64,000 bases of DNA from a virus: positions 1 through 64,000 of IMG/VR virus record IMGVR_UViG_3300025133_000073. One strand, given 5' to 3'. The position numbers were made by a program, and so were the translations under genes. Of the stretch, positions 19,660 to 30,702 are shown piece after piece; within the stretch, counting starts at the first letter, position 1; every line of letters starts with the position of its first letter. The notes beneath the pieces are model-generated. The model was not told the origin of the DNA. It worked only from the letters and a program-made list of their open reading frames with translations, and made no database searches.

Positions 19660-22600
19660 TTATAGGTCTATATTATATTCTCCATCTGAAAGGTTGTCAC
19701 CACCTTCACATCGTTCCTTCCTTTCCTCAGCTTCCTGATCAGGTATGGAACTGATATCATATTCATCTGTCTGAGTTCTGTTATCTTCTGTATTATCGTT
19801 CACAAAGGCCTTGTACTTAGCATTGAACTCCTTAACGTCGTATTCGCTTTCCATATTAAGGATCTTTGCAACCATCTTACGATGAGCATCCACCCTTGCT
19901 ATTACTCGGAATACATCCTTAGGTTTCTTACTACCTCCTGCCTTAGCAGATGATGCTGTCATGATCTCATTCAGTTTTGTCAACATTGCAGGAACATCCT
20001 CAGGAACTGCATTCTCCTCTCTTATTCTTTCGTTTATTTCATTTCGTAACTGCTTACGCTCACTTATGAATAATGACTCAAGAGGCATCTTTCCATCAGC
20101 ATGGATCTTTGAGAGCTCGTAGAACATGTTATGAGCACCAAGGTCTGTCACTTCTACATATGTTGCAGAAGCAGGGGACTCAGGTGTCTTGAAGAAATAG
20201 TTCATGTTCTTCAACATTACTGTAGCAGTGTTGTTACCCCGTCGGACATTAGCCTGTATATAAGTTACAGGTTCATCTTGATACCTGCCTGTTTCTTCAT
20301 TCTTATATTTAGGATCAAACGGATGAGGCTTTCTCATAAGAGGTTTAAGACTCTCTTCTGAATAAGTAAGTAGCATCATTCCATTATTATCAAATTGTTT
20401 ATTTGAAGCTTCTGATATGTCCACATACGGTACAGTATTCAATTTCTTGTGTACATTACGGAGTATCTGCTCAATATAAGCACTGTACTCATTATAAGAG
20501 TAAGAAGAATTGAAGTTGTCATGCAGGTGCTCAGTAAGTGTCTTTCCATCATCTGTTACAAGTTCACTAAGATACGAAGGAGGGATCAGATTTGAAAATG
20601 TATTGAATCTGAAGTTATAACCTGAAGCAAAGAAAGCATATTCAGCAAGTCCGAATGCGATCTCTCTATCTGCTCTGTTTCTGGAGCTCATCATCTGCTT
20701 CCATTGTCGTTTGATCATTTCACGACCCATATCATCTAACCCTTCAATATCGAATTGTATCATTTTGAAAGGAACAGTAAGGTCGGTTTCATCAATTGCA
20801 TCTACTCTAAAGTTATTAATGAACAGGGAATACGGACCTTCTTTCTGTAGGGTCTGATAATCCTGAAGAGTATCTGGGAAATTTCTCAAACGATCTTCCA
20901 TGTTTGCGGGGGCGTACTCTGTAAAATCCGTAGCAAGTAAGGTCATCATCATTCTCCATAGAGTATTGATCTCAGGAGCCTGCAGTCTCTTACTTGATGA
21001 GTTCCATCTCATTATTGTGATGATGTCATCAAATGCACTGTTCGGTCCTGCATAAGGGATCTTAGCTACTTCTCCTATTATATCACTGGCTGCTTTTACT
21101 CCATATTTATAGAACACTTTCACATGGGGAAGCATTGTAGGATCACTAAGATATTCTTCAAGTCCTATCATCTTCTTACCTACGTTTTCCATTCTGACCA
21201 TGTCCTCCATGAGAATCTTAGTATCAGCAACACTCGGTCCTGCTGCACGTTTGATAGAGTCGAATCTCATACCTGCCTGCACATCAGACAATATTTTAGC
21301 AGATTCCATTGCTCTACTATAGAAGGTCAATACTTTATAGCGCATATACAGATCGTTAACGGTCATGTCCTTCATAGGAGTCTTTCCTAACTTGATCTGA
21401 TCAAAGAGTGTCCCTGTTATCTTAGTGTTCACAGGATCGGTCTTATATGCCAACAGGTCTTCTTTCGTAGCATTGAACGTAAGATCTGAAAGTCTCTTGT
21501 TCTTTATCTGATCATAAAGGTCGTCCATTGCTGAATTTCCAAAGTTGTCCATGATAGCATCTCTGGTCTCAGCAATAGAGGACTTCAAAAGCTCCTTGAG
21601 AATATGCTCTCCCTTCTTTTGAGAAGCATTGTATTTTTTGAATACGTCCTTGATAACAGGTTGAATGAATACAGCCATGGATGCTATCGGATCATGAAGA
21701 GTACGTATCATCGTATCAAGTATGTTAGCATTGGTCACATTCAGATTAAGTGTTCCTGCCAAAGGAAACTTAGCGTTATCAACAGACTGCGCAAGGTTCT
21801 CAGATATACCTGATAGAGCTCTTATTGTCTTACCGTTACTATCAACACGTTCTGCTTTATTCAAGGAAGCCCCTGTATGTCCATTGAATACGATAGGGGT
21901 ATCAAATTCAAAATCTGTGAACAGTGTAAGTGTATGATTGGAGTTATGACTCGCATGAATACCTACAAGGTCAAGACCTGTCATATTTCTATCAAATACC
22001 TCGCGGGAAGTTGAAAGAAGCATTGGATTAAGAGAATATACCTCATCAGATGATGTAGTATCCGTAAAGTCTGCCATCGCTTTCAACGTATTGAAGTTAC
22101 CTGGAGACAATTGCTTTGCTGCAGTTGATCTGTGAGACAATATCGCCCACATGATATCGATCAGATAGTTGTCACGTGACTTCTTGGTATCAAATGATGA
22201 AGGCACCTTGACAAGCTCTGAATGAAGTCGCCATTCGTCACGTTTTTCATCCCATACGTAATTACGTCTATTGGCAAAGTTAGCTCTTGCAAGACCGTCA
22301 TCGTAGTCTTCAAAGTCTTTGAACATCACTTTTTTACCCTTACGAGTGGTCTGTTCAGTACTGATAAATGTCTGAAACTCTGCTTCAGCACCTGATACTA
22401 CTTCTCCATGTTGATTGGTGATATTGTATAGCATCCCATAGACCTTATCGATGTCAAAGTCAAGTCCTGCTATGGTAGTAACCTCATCAGGCATGATTAT
22501 CTGACCTGCTACCCATGACGGTAAGTACTCTATGACCTTAACATGGAACATTGAATAGTAATCCTCAGTAGGTATACGGGCGAATATTCCCATTGTAGCT

Positions 22601-25600
22601 GCTTCACGAGCACTTTCAGGAAGATATTCAGGCTTTATGATGCCATCCTTATCTGCATACTTCTGCATCCATCGTGCTGAAGCAGGCATAATGACCTCAA
22701 AATACTTTATGCTTCTATAAGAAGGTGAGTTGGGATCATTATCAAACTTAATTCTTGGTTTACGCTTACCTGACCATCCATAGGAAGGAGCGTTATAAAG
22801 AGCTGCACCATTGATCTTCTGTCCAGTAACGTTGTTCTTGAAGAAGGAGTTCATGATCTGCTCAACACGTGATACTATGACGGGATGCCAAAGAGGAAGT
22901 ACCGTATCAGTACGATTCTCATCTGCCCAATCAAGAGCTTCCATCATGCTGTCACCGAGTTTACGGTCAAGTACTTCTGAACGCAATGTATTCAACGTTT
23001 TGGTGAGATCAGGATTTCCGTTCTCATCTCTGAACATCTTAACGAGCTCATCATAGGATTCTTCGACATTCTTTGTGATGAGGGTATTATATATCTCAAA
23101 TATCTCAGCACCTGTCATTTCTGTGCCGTCCACATCATATTTGGTATCAACATCATTGACATCGATATTCTCCATCATCAGTTTTCGTACCTGAACTCCG
23201 AAACGTACCTCTGCATCAAGGTGTTTAGCAGGGGTCGGCTGCTGAATACCGTAATCAGCATTTCGGTACTGAATAGCGTTGTCCCCAGTGATCTCATCAA
23301 GATTCCTAACAGGATCTATCTGACCGAGCTTAACTGCAGATGTGAACATTATGACATCTGTCATACGATTCTTTCTGTCGAATGAATGACCTCCATCGCT
23401 CTTGAATGTCCACCCCATCTTTTCCAGTGCTTTCTGAATGATAGGATTACCTTTCGCCATGTCAGGAGAGACCATGAACTCAGCGTTCTTGTTCTGTACA
23501 GGATATACACGCCCTTCCTTACTGAACATGTGCTCATAGAAGAAAGGTTTCAATGGACGGAATGTGACAGCAGCATTTGAAGGAAGTTTTTCTCCCCTTA
23601 TCTGCTTCTCATATATCTCATCATGAGCATCTGTCCATAGTGCTGTGCCTACATATATATCACGTAGTCTTGCTACATCTATCCATGTGGCACCATCAGT
23701 AGGATCAAGCTTACGGAATTCATTCACTACGGCATTGTCTCCGCCGTTCTCTGGAAAGATATCTTTGATCGCACCTATATGTTCACTTTCTATATCATTG
23801 GTCTCAGAAGGATCGTACATATACGACACGTTGTAAAACTCAGGCACATGCACTTTTGTTCCATCAGGCTTCTCATAATAAGCGTTGTCATCAACTGCAA
23901 TGAGATCCCTTGGTGACCATAACTGTTTTATACGTTTATAAGTATCAGTAAATTCAGTAGTTCCTTGTTTTACTTTTTTTACTACCTCACTATCAGACTT
24001 AAGAGGTTTGACAGATTGGTAATATGCTGCATCAAGACCGAATGTCCAGAATAACTGAAGATTCATATACATCTGATTATAGATGTAATTGACAATGTTC
24101 GCATCGAAATGATCCATGAACCTTGTGTCAATAGTACCACTGTTATCAACAGTGATCTTTTCAACCTCTCCTGTCTCTTCGTTGGTAAATTCTGCAGAAC
24201 TGAAAAGCCCTTCTTCTGCCATTCTACTATACTCACTACGAGCTGTCTTCTCAAGTTCTGCAAGTACGAATAACTTAGAAGCTCCATGTACCTTGAATGT
24301 CTTATCATTCATGAATGTGAACACCTGATATCTATGTCCCTTCTTAAGCATTTCAAGAGGAATGTCCTCAAGTCCTGCAGGAACAGGTTGTTTCATGCTG
24401 TCCTCATCGGTCAACCACTCAGAAAGAGCAGCCTGATGAGGTGCTACACGCTCGTTGAACCACTCGATACGGGCTTTCTCCTGCATTACACTTCGATACA
24501 ATAGAGCCTTTGCCTGTTCATTTGTGAACTTCTCAAACTTCATGAATGCAGCTGATGGTGAATCAGCAAATACAGGCATCATGTAATGAGCATATTTGGA
24601 CTTTTCATTTTCACTTGGCTGAGTATTATACCATACATTGATCTTGAATGCCTCAAGTTCAGTACGGGTCATCTCAGAATACTGTTTGTCACTATTGGCA
24701 TCACCTTGTTTTGTGAATCCGTCCATTACTTTAAGATCCATGTTCTCAACTGCGGATGCTTCTTTCAATCTATTGAGAAATGGAGACTCTGCGAAGAACG
24801 GATCCTTCTGATAACGCTCAATGAATGCCATTCTATCCTTCTCAGGTTGTTTTACCAACTTTCTGAAGAACCTTGACATGAACCGTGATTGTAGGAGTCC
24901 ATATGTAGAAGTGTTCTTTACTGAAAGAAATGATGGTTCAAATATTTCAGGTATTGCCTCAAGAACGAGACCTGCCATATTATTGAGAGCTTTCTTAGTT
25001 CCCAGGTCGTTAGCATTTGAGAAGAACGGATCCTTACCTACTGCTATAGCACCAAGAATGTCTCCGAGTCCTTTGGAAGATGCAGTACCTAAGAACTGCT
25101 GCATTCTATAAGCACCTTTGGGACCGATGAATATTTCCTTCACTTCGCCATAGAGAATGTCAATTCCTACGTTTTCAAGCATTGTATATACCTGATCCAT
25201 GATCTCCTCACTTACAGCAGCGTTCTCATTGGAAGAAGTATCTGTCATGAGTTTAGAGGTTAATTTATCAATCGTTTCCAGATCAACATTAATATCGCCT
25301 CCGTACACTATCTCAGCTTTAGAGACATCATATCGGTCAGAATTTCTTACTGACTGAGCCCATCCTTTGACAAGATTCTTAACTCCTTTTGTTCTATTGG
25401 AATCAAATATGGATACATGACCATTTCTTTTCATATTTACACCCAAGAACAGTGTATTCTCACGCTGTCCGAAGTTCTTCCAGAATTCACTTACAAGGTC
25501 TCCATTCTTAGTGAGAGTATTGTAGATGTCATTATATCGTAGATTGACAGCAATGAGAGAATCAAGTTTTCCCATCATATCATCTACACCACGGGAACCT

Positions 25601-28600
25601 GCTAATCCTCTTGCAAGCTTGTTGTATATTATAGCAGGATCTTCAAATATTGGGAATCCTGCGGGGTCTTCACGGGTACTGCGTATCTTGGCAAATAATG
25701 CCTTAGCCTTGTTTCCGAATTTCTCTTTGGCACTATCGAATTTATCCTTTACCTGCCAGTTCTCAAAGTCAAGATCATCATCTTCATGTTCATCGGTCTC
25801 ACGTTCCGTAATAGATTCTGAGATATGATTGAAGTCGATCCCCTGTAACCATAATCTATTGACAGCACGGTTGAACATCACAGTAAGAGTGAATGTACCG
25901 TCCTTCTTATCTATGGTAGCAAAGGTCTGAAGTAGTCGAGTAAGGTAGCTCAACTGATCCTTATCAAGGTCTTTGGAGTCTTTTGCGTATTTGTACAGAG
26001 ATAGGAATACCCGTCCATACAGACCCTTCATCGTATATTTCTGATTCCCCGTCTTTCTTCCTTCACGAAGCATCTTTATGACAACATCTGAATCAGATGC
26101 ATTACTTGGCATTCCCAGTTCTTTACGTACTTTAGGAATACCGAGTAGAACAACGTGAGAGTTGATAGTACCGATACCGAGTTCATATTCTCTCGGATCG
26201 AGCTTACTGTCAGCATTACTCAGTCGTGAACGGAATCGTGTGACATTACGCTTGACATATTCAGAAGGCGTCTTGAACTTAGCATACAGCCCCTTATCGA
26301 TACGATAGAAGTACTGATCAACAGAGCTTGGTCCGTTAATAACACCTCTACGTTCCAATACGATCTGCATAAGATTCAGGATACGTTTGAAAAAATCAAG
26401 GATCTTAGCAGGGAGAGTATTAGCAGTGATAACTCCGAAACGATAGTCCATGAACTTATCTGCCCAATACTCTTCAATATTGATAGCACCGTCAGCAAAC
26501 TCGCTTCCCATGCTGAGAATATGAGCTCGTTCCTTTGGAGTAAGCATTGTATTGAATACAGCGTGGAAAGCCTCATGATAGAGAGTTCCCTTCTGTGCTG
26601 ATCGAGCTACATAGATGATACCTCGTTGAAACAGTCCCCATGCTTCAGGTCCTGTCTTACCATATATCTCACGGAGATCTTCAAGTACAGAAAGAGGCAT
26701 GTCAGGATAATTCTGTTCAAGCCATGCTTTCTCCTCTTCTTCGTTCCATTGTTCTGTGACCTCTCCTGTTACAACACGCTTACGAGTCTGATCATCTTTG
26801 AGTGTACCAATATCATCGTCAGCAGTGAGATCGAGAGAGAACCATTCATCATCTTTCGATGTTACAGGAGGAGCCTCAGGATCAGGTACATCAGTAAGTT
26901 CCTGTTTTACCGCATCCTGCGTGGTCTCTTCATCATATACAACCTCTACATCAGGTAATGCCTCTGGAGCATTAAGCTCTATATTACCACCTACGAAAGG
27001 TCGTTCAGCAACCATCTGTATCTTAACGATACCTGCCTTGGAGATCTTCTCATTATATTTACCTGTATTTATTTTTTTAGCATCTACTCTGATGATAGCT
27101 CTTTGTAATAGCACTTTGATCTCATCGAGCGAATAAAGTTCGTCTCCGTATTCAAATTTCGCATTTACGATCTTATTACTTTCATCTAATTTTGCAGCCC
27201 CCTGTTTCCCAAGTTTGAACTTACCTGATTCTTTATCAAGTTTCAATGACCTCCATGTGAGAGTTCGGAGTTTTACATTGGCTTTTCTGACATATCCGAA
27301 TGATGTAGATAGGTCAGGAGAACTTTCTATTTCCGTATTGAGCGTATCAAGTAGAGCATTGATCTTTTCCTGTACAGCAGCTACTTCTTCTACTGCAGCA
27401 GTGTACATAGTGATAGGGATGAATACTCCATCAGGTCGTCTACGCATGAATACTACTGATCCTTTCTTACCAAGAAGACCTGAACGTGCTCGTACGCGCA
27501 TTCCTGTAGTAGGATCTACACCAAAGGTCTTATCTCCCTCGTTGAGTATAATATTGACTCTACTATCCTCTTCAGTGACTACGCCGAAGAATAAAGGATC
27601 ATTAGGTGCAAGAGTAAGATGCGGCGCCTGAGGAGTAACTCCTTCCATATTGAGTTGACCAGAGGTCTTTCTCTTTACAGTAGTGCTCAACTCTGTCGTA
27701 TATGTCGCAGCTCCCTTATTGTTGTTATGCCATTCGATATGGATCCTCCGTCTAAGAGCATTCATAGCACGTTGGTCATTATCTGTCTGAGTACCTGATG
27801 TACTTCGGAGCATTCCCAATCTTACTGTACCTTCGGTTCCTCCGATGTCCACATCAGTAACTGCTATGATGAGCATGTTGGAGAAATCAACCTTTACCTT
27901 CCTACCTGTCTTGGTAGTAGCTGTTCTTCCTGGCATCCAAGCAGCATTCGCTATCACTTGAAATCTTACTGTAGCTCCTCTGAGATCCACATCAGGATCA
28001 TTGAGTAAGCGGAATTCCTCAGATGTCATGAAAGGAGTAGGTGCGCTTCCATCAGCATAAGGTATGACGTTGTTCTCATTAGGAATGAGTAGGCCATCCT
28101 TAGTATATAGAAAACGACTGCCCGTACCTTCTTTGAGTTCTTGATACTTTTCAAGCTTTCTTGCTTCATCAAGAGACATCTTGACATCTCCTTCAGTTCC
28201 CTTGAATGTTACAATACCGTTCTTCAGAGAATACATCGCATACTCATTGGTCTGAACAACCATTGAGTTATTATCATGTCCTGTGGTACGTCCATCTGCG
28301 TCTCCGTCTTCAGGATCTGTAGTATTATTCTCAGGTTCTCCTTCTCCTGGAAAAACAACATCTTCTGGGGTAGTAGGTGCTTCCTGTGCTTTTGTATCAG
28401 CTTTTTCTGCCTCAGCGATCTCATCTTTGAAGAGCTCGTCTACAGCTTTCTTGAACTTAGGGTCACTACCGTAACGCTTCAAGAAGTCTTCACTATTGGT
28501 AATATTTTTTGTATCTGTCCCTACATCCTTGAGATCTTTGAGATCCTTCCATAATAATGGAGTACTCTCATGTCGTTTCTTCATGGCATCCTGATCAGTA

Positions 28601-30702
28601 GGAGCAGGAGCATATGCTCTACCTTCTTCAGCAAGTTTTTCAAGCTTACTGAGCATGTCCTTACCGTATTCAGGGTGTGCAATGAAATTGTCAACATCTT
28701 CAAGCTTCATATCGTGAGATATAGCCATTAATGCCATCTCCTTACGTCTGCGTATAGAGTCCTTTTTAAGTTCTTCTAAACCTTCTTTGGTCTCAGTGTA
28801 CTTAAGCACTTCATCAGAGTGAGATATGTTCATAAGCGTTTGCTCATGATCGGCAACTGCTCTTTCAAACCCTCTGTCGTAAGATGTGATGGTATGACGA
28901 TCCTCTCCCTTCTCATCAAGTTGCTTGTCTATATCTGCGATCTCCTTCTCAAGTTCTGCTTTTCTCGCATTAAAAACACCGAGAACCTCCTTTATACCTG
29001 GATTGTTCTTTACCTTATCTGGAGATAATGCCTTGATCTCCCTCTTTACAACCTTAAGACGATAATTGAGTTCTTTTCTCTTGGTCTGAGTAGCAGACGC
29101 TCCGTCTTTACTCACATTTGCTGCCTCAGCCTTTACGGTTCTATCAAATCCTACTAAGCTTCTATTAGCAGTACGTTTGTCCCATAATGCAGATAAACGG
29201 ACACGTAATGTATCCTCATCTATAGAACTGTCAGAAGCCATTGCGTTGAACTCAGCTTCAATGAAATCCATGTCTTCCATCATCTCTGTGAACTTGGCAC
29301 GTATTTCAGTAGCTTCCTCTGGAGACTTACCTTCTTTTGCAAACTCTGCGTCGTCTTTATTGTAAAGGTCTTCATAATGATCCTTAAGATCCTGAAGTTT
29401 CCCTGCTGCAGCATGTGCCCACATTGTATCCCACAGAGTTGCATCCTGTATCTTACTTGCTGTCGATAGATCTCCTGCAAGGATGGATCTCTGATTAGCA
29501 AGAGTAGCATCTGCAAGGTCTTTGACCTTATAATTCACTGCTTTACCGAAGGCATGGAATACACCTCCACCTACGCCTCCTAAGAACATGGAAGCATGCA
29601 TTTCAGGACTTCTAAGGTAGTCTGCCATACGTACGGTCACTCCTTTGAGTTCCATGAAAGGTTTATCCTTTGTAGCAGCCCGTATTGATTCTTGAGATGC
29701 TACATACTGAAAACCTTCTTCAAAGGATTCAGATGCGATATTACCGACCATCTGCTTACCGAACTTAAGAGCTCCTTCTTTATATCTACCTGCTTTAAGA
29801 CTTGCTGCTCCTATACCTTTTGTAAGGGTCATGTACTGAGCAACATCAATGGCATATAACCACCAGTTCTGTTTCCATACTTCGGATGCTGCCTTTCCTG
29901 CTTTCTTCTTAGCTTCCTCTACAGGAGTACCTTTAGCTCTCAATTCTTGATAAGCCTGCTCATATGTCTCATGAGCTTCCATGGTATTCTCAATGTATCG
30001 TGATGCCCCTGCAGAAACTCCTGCTTCTACTGCGGCTCCTGCTTTTTTACCATAAAGAAGCTTGTTGCCTATTTTTACTGCTTGATTCGCCTGCCTTGTC
30101 TTATTTGCAAGTCGTGTTCCTTTCCCTAAATAACGTAGTCCTTTACCTACTGCACCTGCTGCTCTACCTACTGCCATTGAAGGGAACATGATAGCAAGGG
30201 TAGAACCTATTGATTCTGCATTTGATGCCCACCATGTACCGTCAGAAGGAGCGAATCCTTCACGTGATTCCAATGTCTGTCTTACAGGAGCTGCAGCATG
30301 AATACTTTCTTTACCTGCGTTCATAAGCTCTGCAAACCAGTTCGAGAACTCTTTCTCTTCTCCTCCTTTGATCTCTACCATCTGTTCAATATCGAACAGA
30401 TAACTTGCAGCTTCTGCTGATCCTAAAGTAGCTTCTGTAGCAAAATTGAGTGCAAATTTTCCAAACAGATTCCATCCTGATTGCTGTTTTGCAACGACGT
30501 CTTCTTGATCCTGCCCTACTACAAATTGAGTTTGTCTTTCGTCAGGAAACTGAGAAGGAACCTTTGGAGAACCTAAGACACGATTGGATATTCGTTCTTT
30601 ACGAAGTCCTCCGCCTAATGTCGTAGGTCTGAGGTCCTGCTCTTCTATAGGGAGGTTATTTCTATCGAGACCTCCTCCCAATGTTGTGGGTCTATTTCCC
30701 AT
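19660..30702 (-). CDS. Virion-packaged DNA-dependent RNA polymerase (crAss-type, single 3680-aa polypeptide)
   Basis: ARIPTE...IAGLDFDIDK catalytic loop (DFDID at about 22447-22461), diagnostic of crAss-like vRNAPs such as phi14:2 gp66. Also TDGATW, VDNAK, zincin YHEAFH (about 26563-26577) and N-terminal hydrophobic segments. Confidence 0.92.
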   Translation of the reverse strand: MGNRPTTLGGGLDRNNLPIEEQDLRPTTLGGGLRKERISNRVLGSPKVPSQFPDERQTQFVVGQDQEDVVAKQQSGWNLFGKFALNFATEATLGSAEAASYLFDIEQMVEIKGGEEKEFSNWFAELMNAGKESIHAAAPVRQTLESREGFAPSDGTWWASNAESIGSTLAIMFPSMAVGRAAGAVGKGLRYLGKGTRLANKTRQANQAVKIGNKLLYGKKAGAAVEAGVSAGASRYIENTMEAHETYEQAYQELRAKGTPVEEAKKKAGKAASEVWKQNWWLYAIDVAQYMTLTKGIGAASLKAGRYKEGALKFGKQMVGNIASESFEEGFQYVASQESIRAATKDKPFMELKGVTVRMADYLRSPEMHASMFLGGVGGGVFHAFGKAVNYKVKDLADATLANQRSILAGDLSTASKIQDATLWDTMWAHAAAGKLQDLKDHYEDLYNKDDAEFAKEGKSPEEATEIRAKFTEMMEDMDFIEAEFNAMASDSSIDEDTLRVRLSALWDKRTANRSLVGFDRTVKAEAANVSKDGASATQTKRKELNYRLKVVKREIKALSPDKVKNNPGIKEVLGVFNARKAELEKEIADIDKQLDEKGEDRHTITSYDRGFERAVADHEQTLMNISHSDEVLKYTETKEGLEELKKDSIRRRKEMALMAISHDMKLEDVDNFIAHPEYGKDMLSKLEKLAEEGRAYAPAPTDQDAMKKRHESTPLLWKDLKDLKDVGTDTKNITNSEDFLKRYGSDPKFKKAVDELFKDEIAEAEKADTKAQEAPTTPEDVVFPGEGEPENNTTDPEDGDADGRTTGHDNNSMVVQTNEYAMYSLKNGIVTFKGTEGDVKMSLDEARKLEKYQELKEGTGSRFLYTKDGLLIPNENNVIPYADGSAPTPFMTSEEFRLLNDPDVDLRGATVRFQVIANAAWMPGRTATTKTGRKVKVDFSNMLIIAVTDVDIGGTEGTVRLGMLRSTSGTQTDNDQRAMNALRRRIHIEWHNNNKGAATYTTELSTTVKRKTSGQLNMEGVTPQAPHLTLAPNDPLFFGVVTEEDSRVNIILNEGDKTFGVDPTTGMRVRARSGLLGKKGSVVFMRRRPDGVFIPITMYTAAVEEVAAVQEKINALLDTLNTEIESSPDLSTSFGYVRKANVKLRTLTWRSLKLDKESGKFKLGKQGAAKLDESNKIVNAKFEYGDELYSLDEIKVLLQRAIIRVDAKKINTGKYNEKISKAGIVKIQMVAERPFVGGNIELNAPEALPDVEVVYDEETTQDAVKQELTDVPDPEAPPVTSKDDEWFSLDLTADDDIGTLKDDQTRKRVVTGEVTEQWNEEEEKAWLEQNYPDMPLSVLEDLREIYGKTGPEAWGLFQRGIIYVARSAQKGTLYHEAFHAVFNTMLTPKERAHILSMGSEFADGAINIEEYWADKFMDYRFGVITANTLPAKILDFFKRILNLMQIVLERRGVINGPSSVDQYFYRIDKGLYAKFKTPSEYVKRNVTRFRSRLSNADSKLDPREYELGIGTINSHVVLLGIPKVRKELGMPSNASDSDVVIKMLREGRKTGNQKYTMKGLYGRVFLSLYKYAKDSKDLDKDQLSYLTRLLQTFATIDKKDGTFTLTVMFNRAVNRLWLQGIDFNHISESITERETDEHEDDDLDFENWQVKDKFDSAKEKFGNKAKALFAKIRSTREDPAGFPIFEDPAIIYNKLARGLAGSRGVDDMMGKLDSLIAVNLRYNDIYNTLTKNGDLVSEFWKNFGQRENTLFLGVNMKRNGHVSIFDSNRTKGVKNLVKGWAQSVRNSDRYDVSKAEIVYGGDINVDLETIDKLTSKLMTDTSSNENAAVSEEIMDQVYTMLENVGIDILYGEVKEIFIGPKGAYRMQQFLGTASSKGLGDILGAIAVGKDPFFSNANDLGTKKALNNMAGLVLEAIPEIFEPSFLSVKNTSTYGLLQSRFMSRFFRKLVKQPEKDRMAFIERYQKDPFFAESPFLNRLKEASAVENMDLKVMDGFTKQGDANSDKQYSEMTRTELEAFKINVWYNTQPSENEKSKYAHYMMPVFADSPSAAFMKFEKFTNEQAKALLYRSVMQEKARIEWFNERVAPHQAALSEWLTDEDSMKQPVPAGLEDIPLEMLKKGHRYQVFTFMNDKTFKVHGASKLFVLAELEKTARSEYSRMAEEGLFSSAEFTNEETGEVEKITVDNSGTIDTRFMDHFDANIVNYIYNQMYMNLQLFWTFGLDAAYYQSVKPLKSDSEVVKKVKQGTTEFTDTYKRIKQLWSPRDLIAVDDNAYYEKPDGTKVHVPEFYNVSYMYDPSETNDIESEHIGAIKDIFPENGGDNAVVNEFRKLDPTDGATWIDVARLRDIYVGTALWTDAHDEIYEKQIRGEKLPSNAAVTFRPLKPFFYEHMFSKEGRVYPVQNKNAEFMVSPDMAKGNPIIQKALEKMGWTFKSDGGHSFDRKNRMTDVIMFTSAVKLGQIDPVRNLDEITGDNAIQYRNADYGIQQPTPAKHLDAEVRFGVQVRKLMMENIDVNDVDTKYDVDGTEMTGAEIFEIYNTLITKNVEESYDELVKMFRDENGNPDLTKTLNTLRSEVLDRKLGDSMMEALDWADENRTDTVLPLWHPVIVSRVEQIMNSFFKNNVTGQKINGAALYNAPSYGWSGKRKPRIKFDNDPNSPSYRSIKYFEVIMPASARWMQKYADKDGIIKPEYLPESAREAATMGIFARIPTEDYYSMFHVKVIEYLPSWVAGQIIMPDEVTTIAGLDFDIDKVYGMLYNITNQHGEVVSGAEAEFQTFISTEQTTRKGKKVMFKDFEDYDDGLARANFANRRNYVWDEKRDEWRLHSELVKVPSSFDTKKSRDNYLIDIMWAILSHRSTAAKQLSPGNFNTLKAMADFTDTTSSDEVYSLNPMLLSTSREVFDRNMTGLDLVGIHASHNSNHTLTLFTDFEFDTPIVFNGHTGASLNKAERVDSNGKTIRALSGISENLAQSVDNAKFPLAGTLNLNVTNANILDTMIRTLHDPIASMAVFIQPVIKDVFKKYNASQKKGEHILKELLKSSIAETRDAIMDNFGNSAMDDLYDQIKNKRLSDLTFNATKEDLLAYKTDPVNTKITGTLFDQIKLGKTPMKDMTVNDLYMRYKVLTFYSRAMESAKILSDVQAGMRFDSIKRAAGPSVADTKILMEDMVRMENVGKKMIGLEEYLSDPTMLPHVKVFYKYGVKAASDIIGEVAKIPYAGPNSAFDDIITIMRWNSSSKRLQAPEINTLWRMMMTLLATDFTEYAPANMEDRLRNFPDTLQDYQTLQKEGPYSLFINNFRVDAIDETDLTVPFKMIQFDIEGLDDMGREMIKRQWKQMMSSRNRADREIAFGLAEYAFFASGYNFRFNTFSNLIPPSYLSELVTDDGKTLTEHLHDNFNSSYSYNEYSAYIEQILRNVHKKLNTVPYVDISEASNKQFDNNGMMLLTYSEESLKPLMRKPHPFDPKYKNEETGRYQDEPVTYIQANVRRGNNTATVMLKNMNYFFKTPESPASATYVEVTDLGAHNMFYELSKIHADGKMPLESLFISERKQLRNEINERIREENAVPEDVPAMLTKLNEIMTASSAKAGGSKKPKDVFRVIARVDAHRKMVAKILNMESEYDVKEFNAKYKAFVNDNTEDNRTQTDEYDISSIPDQEAEERKERCEGGDNLSDGEYNIDL

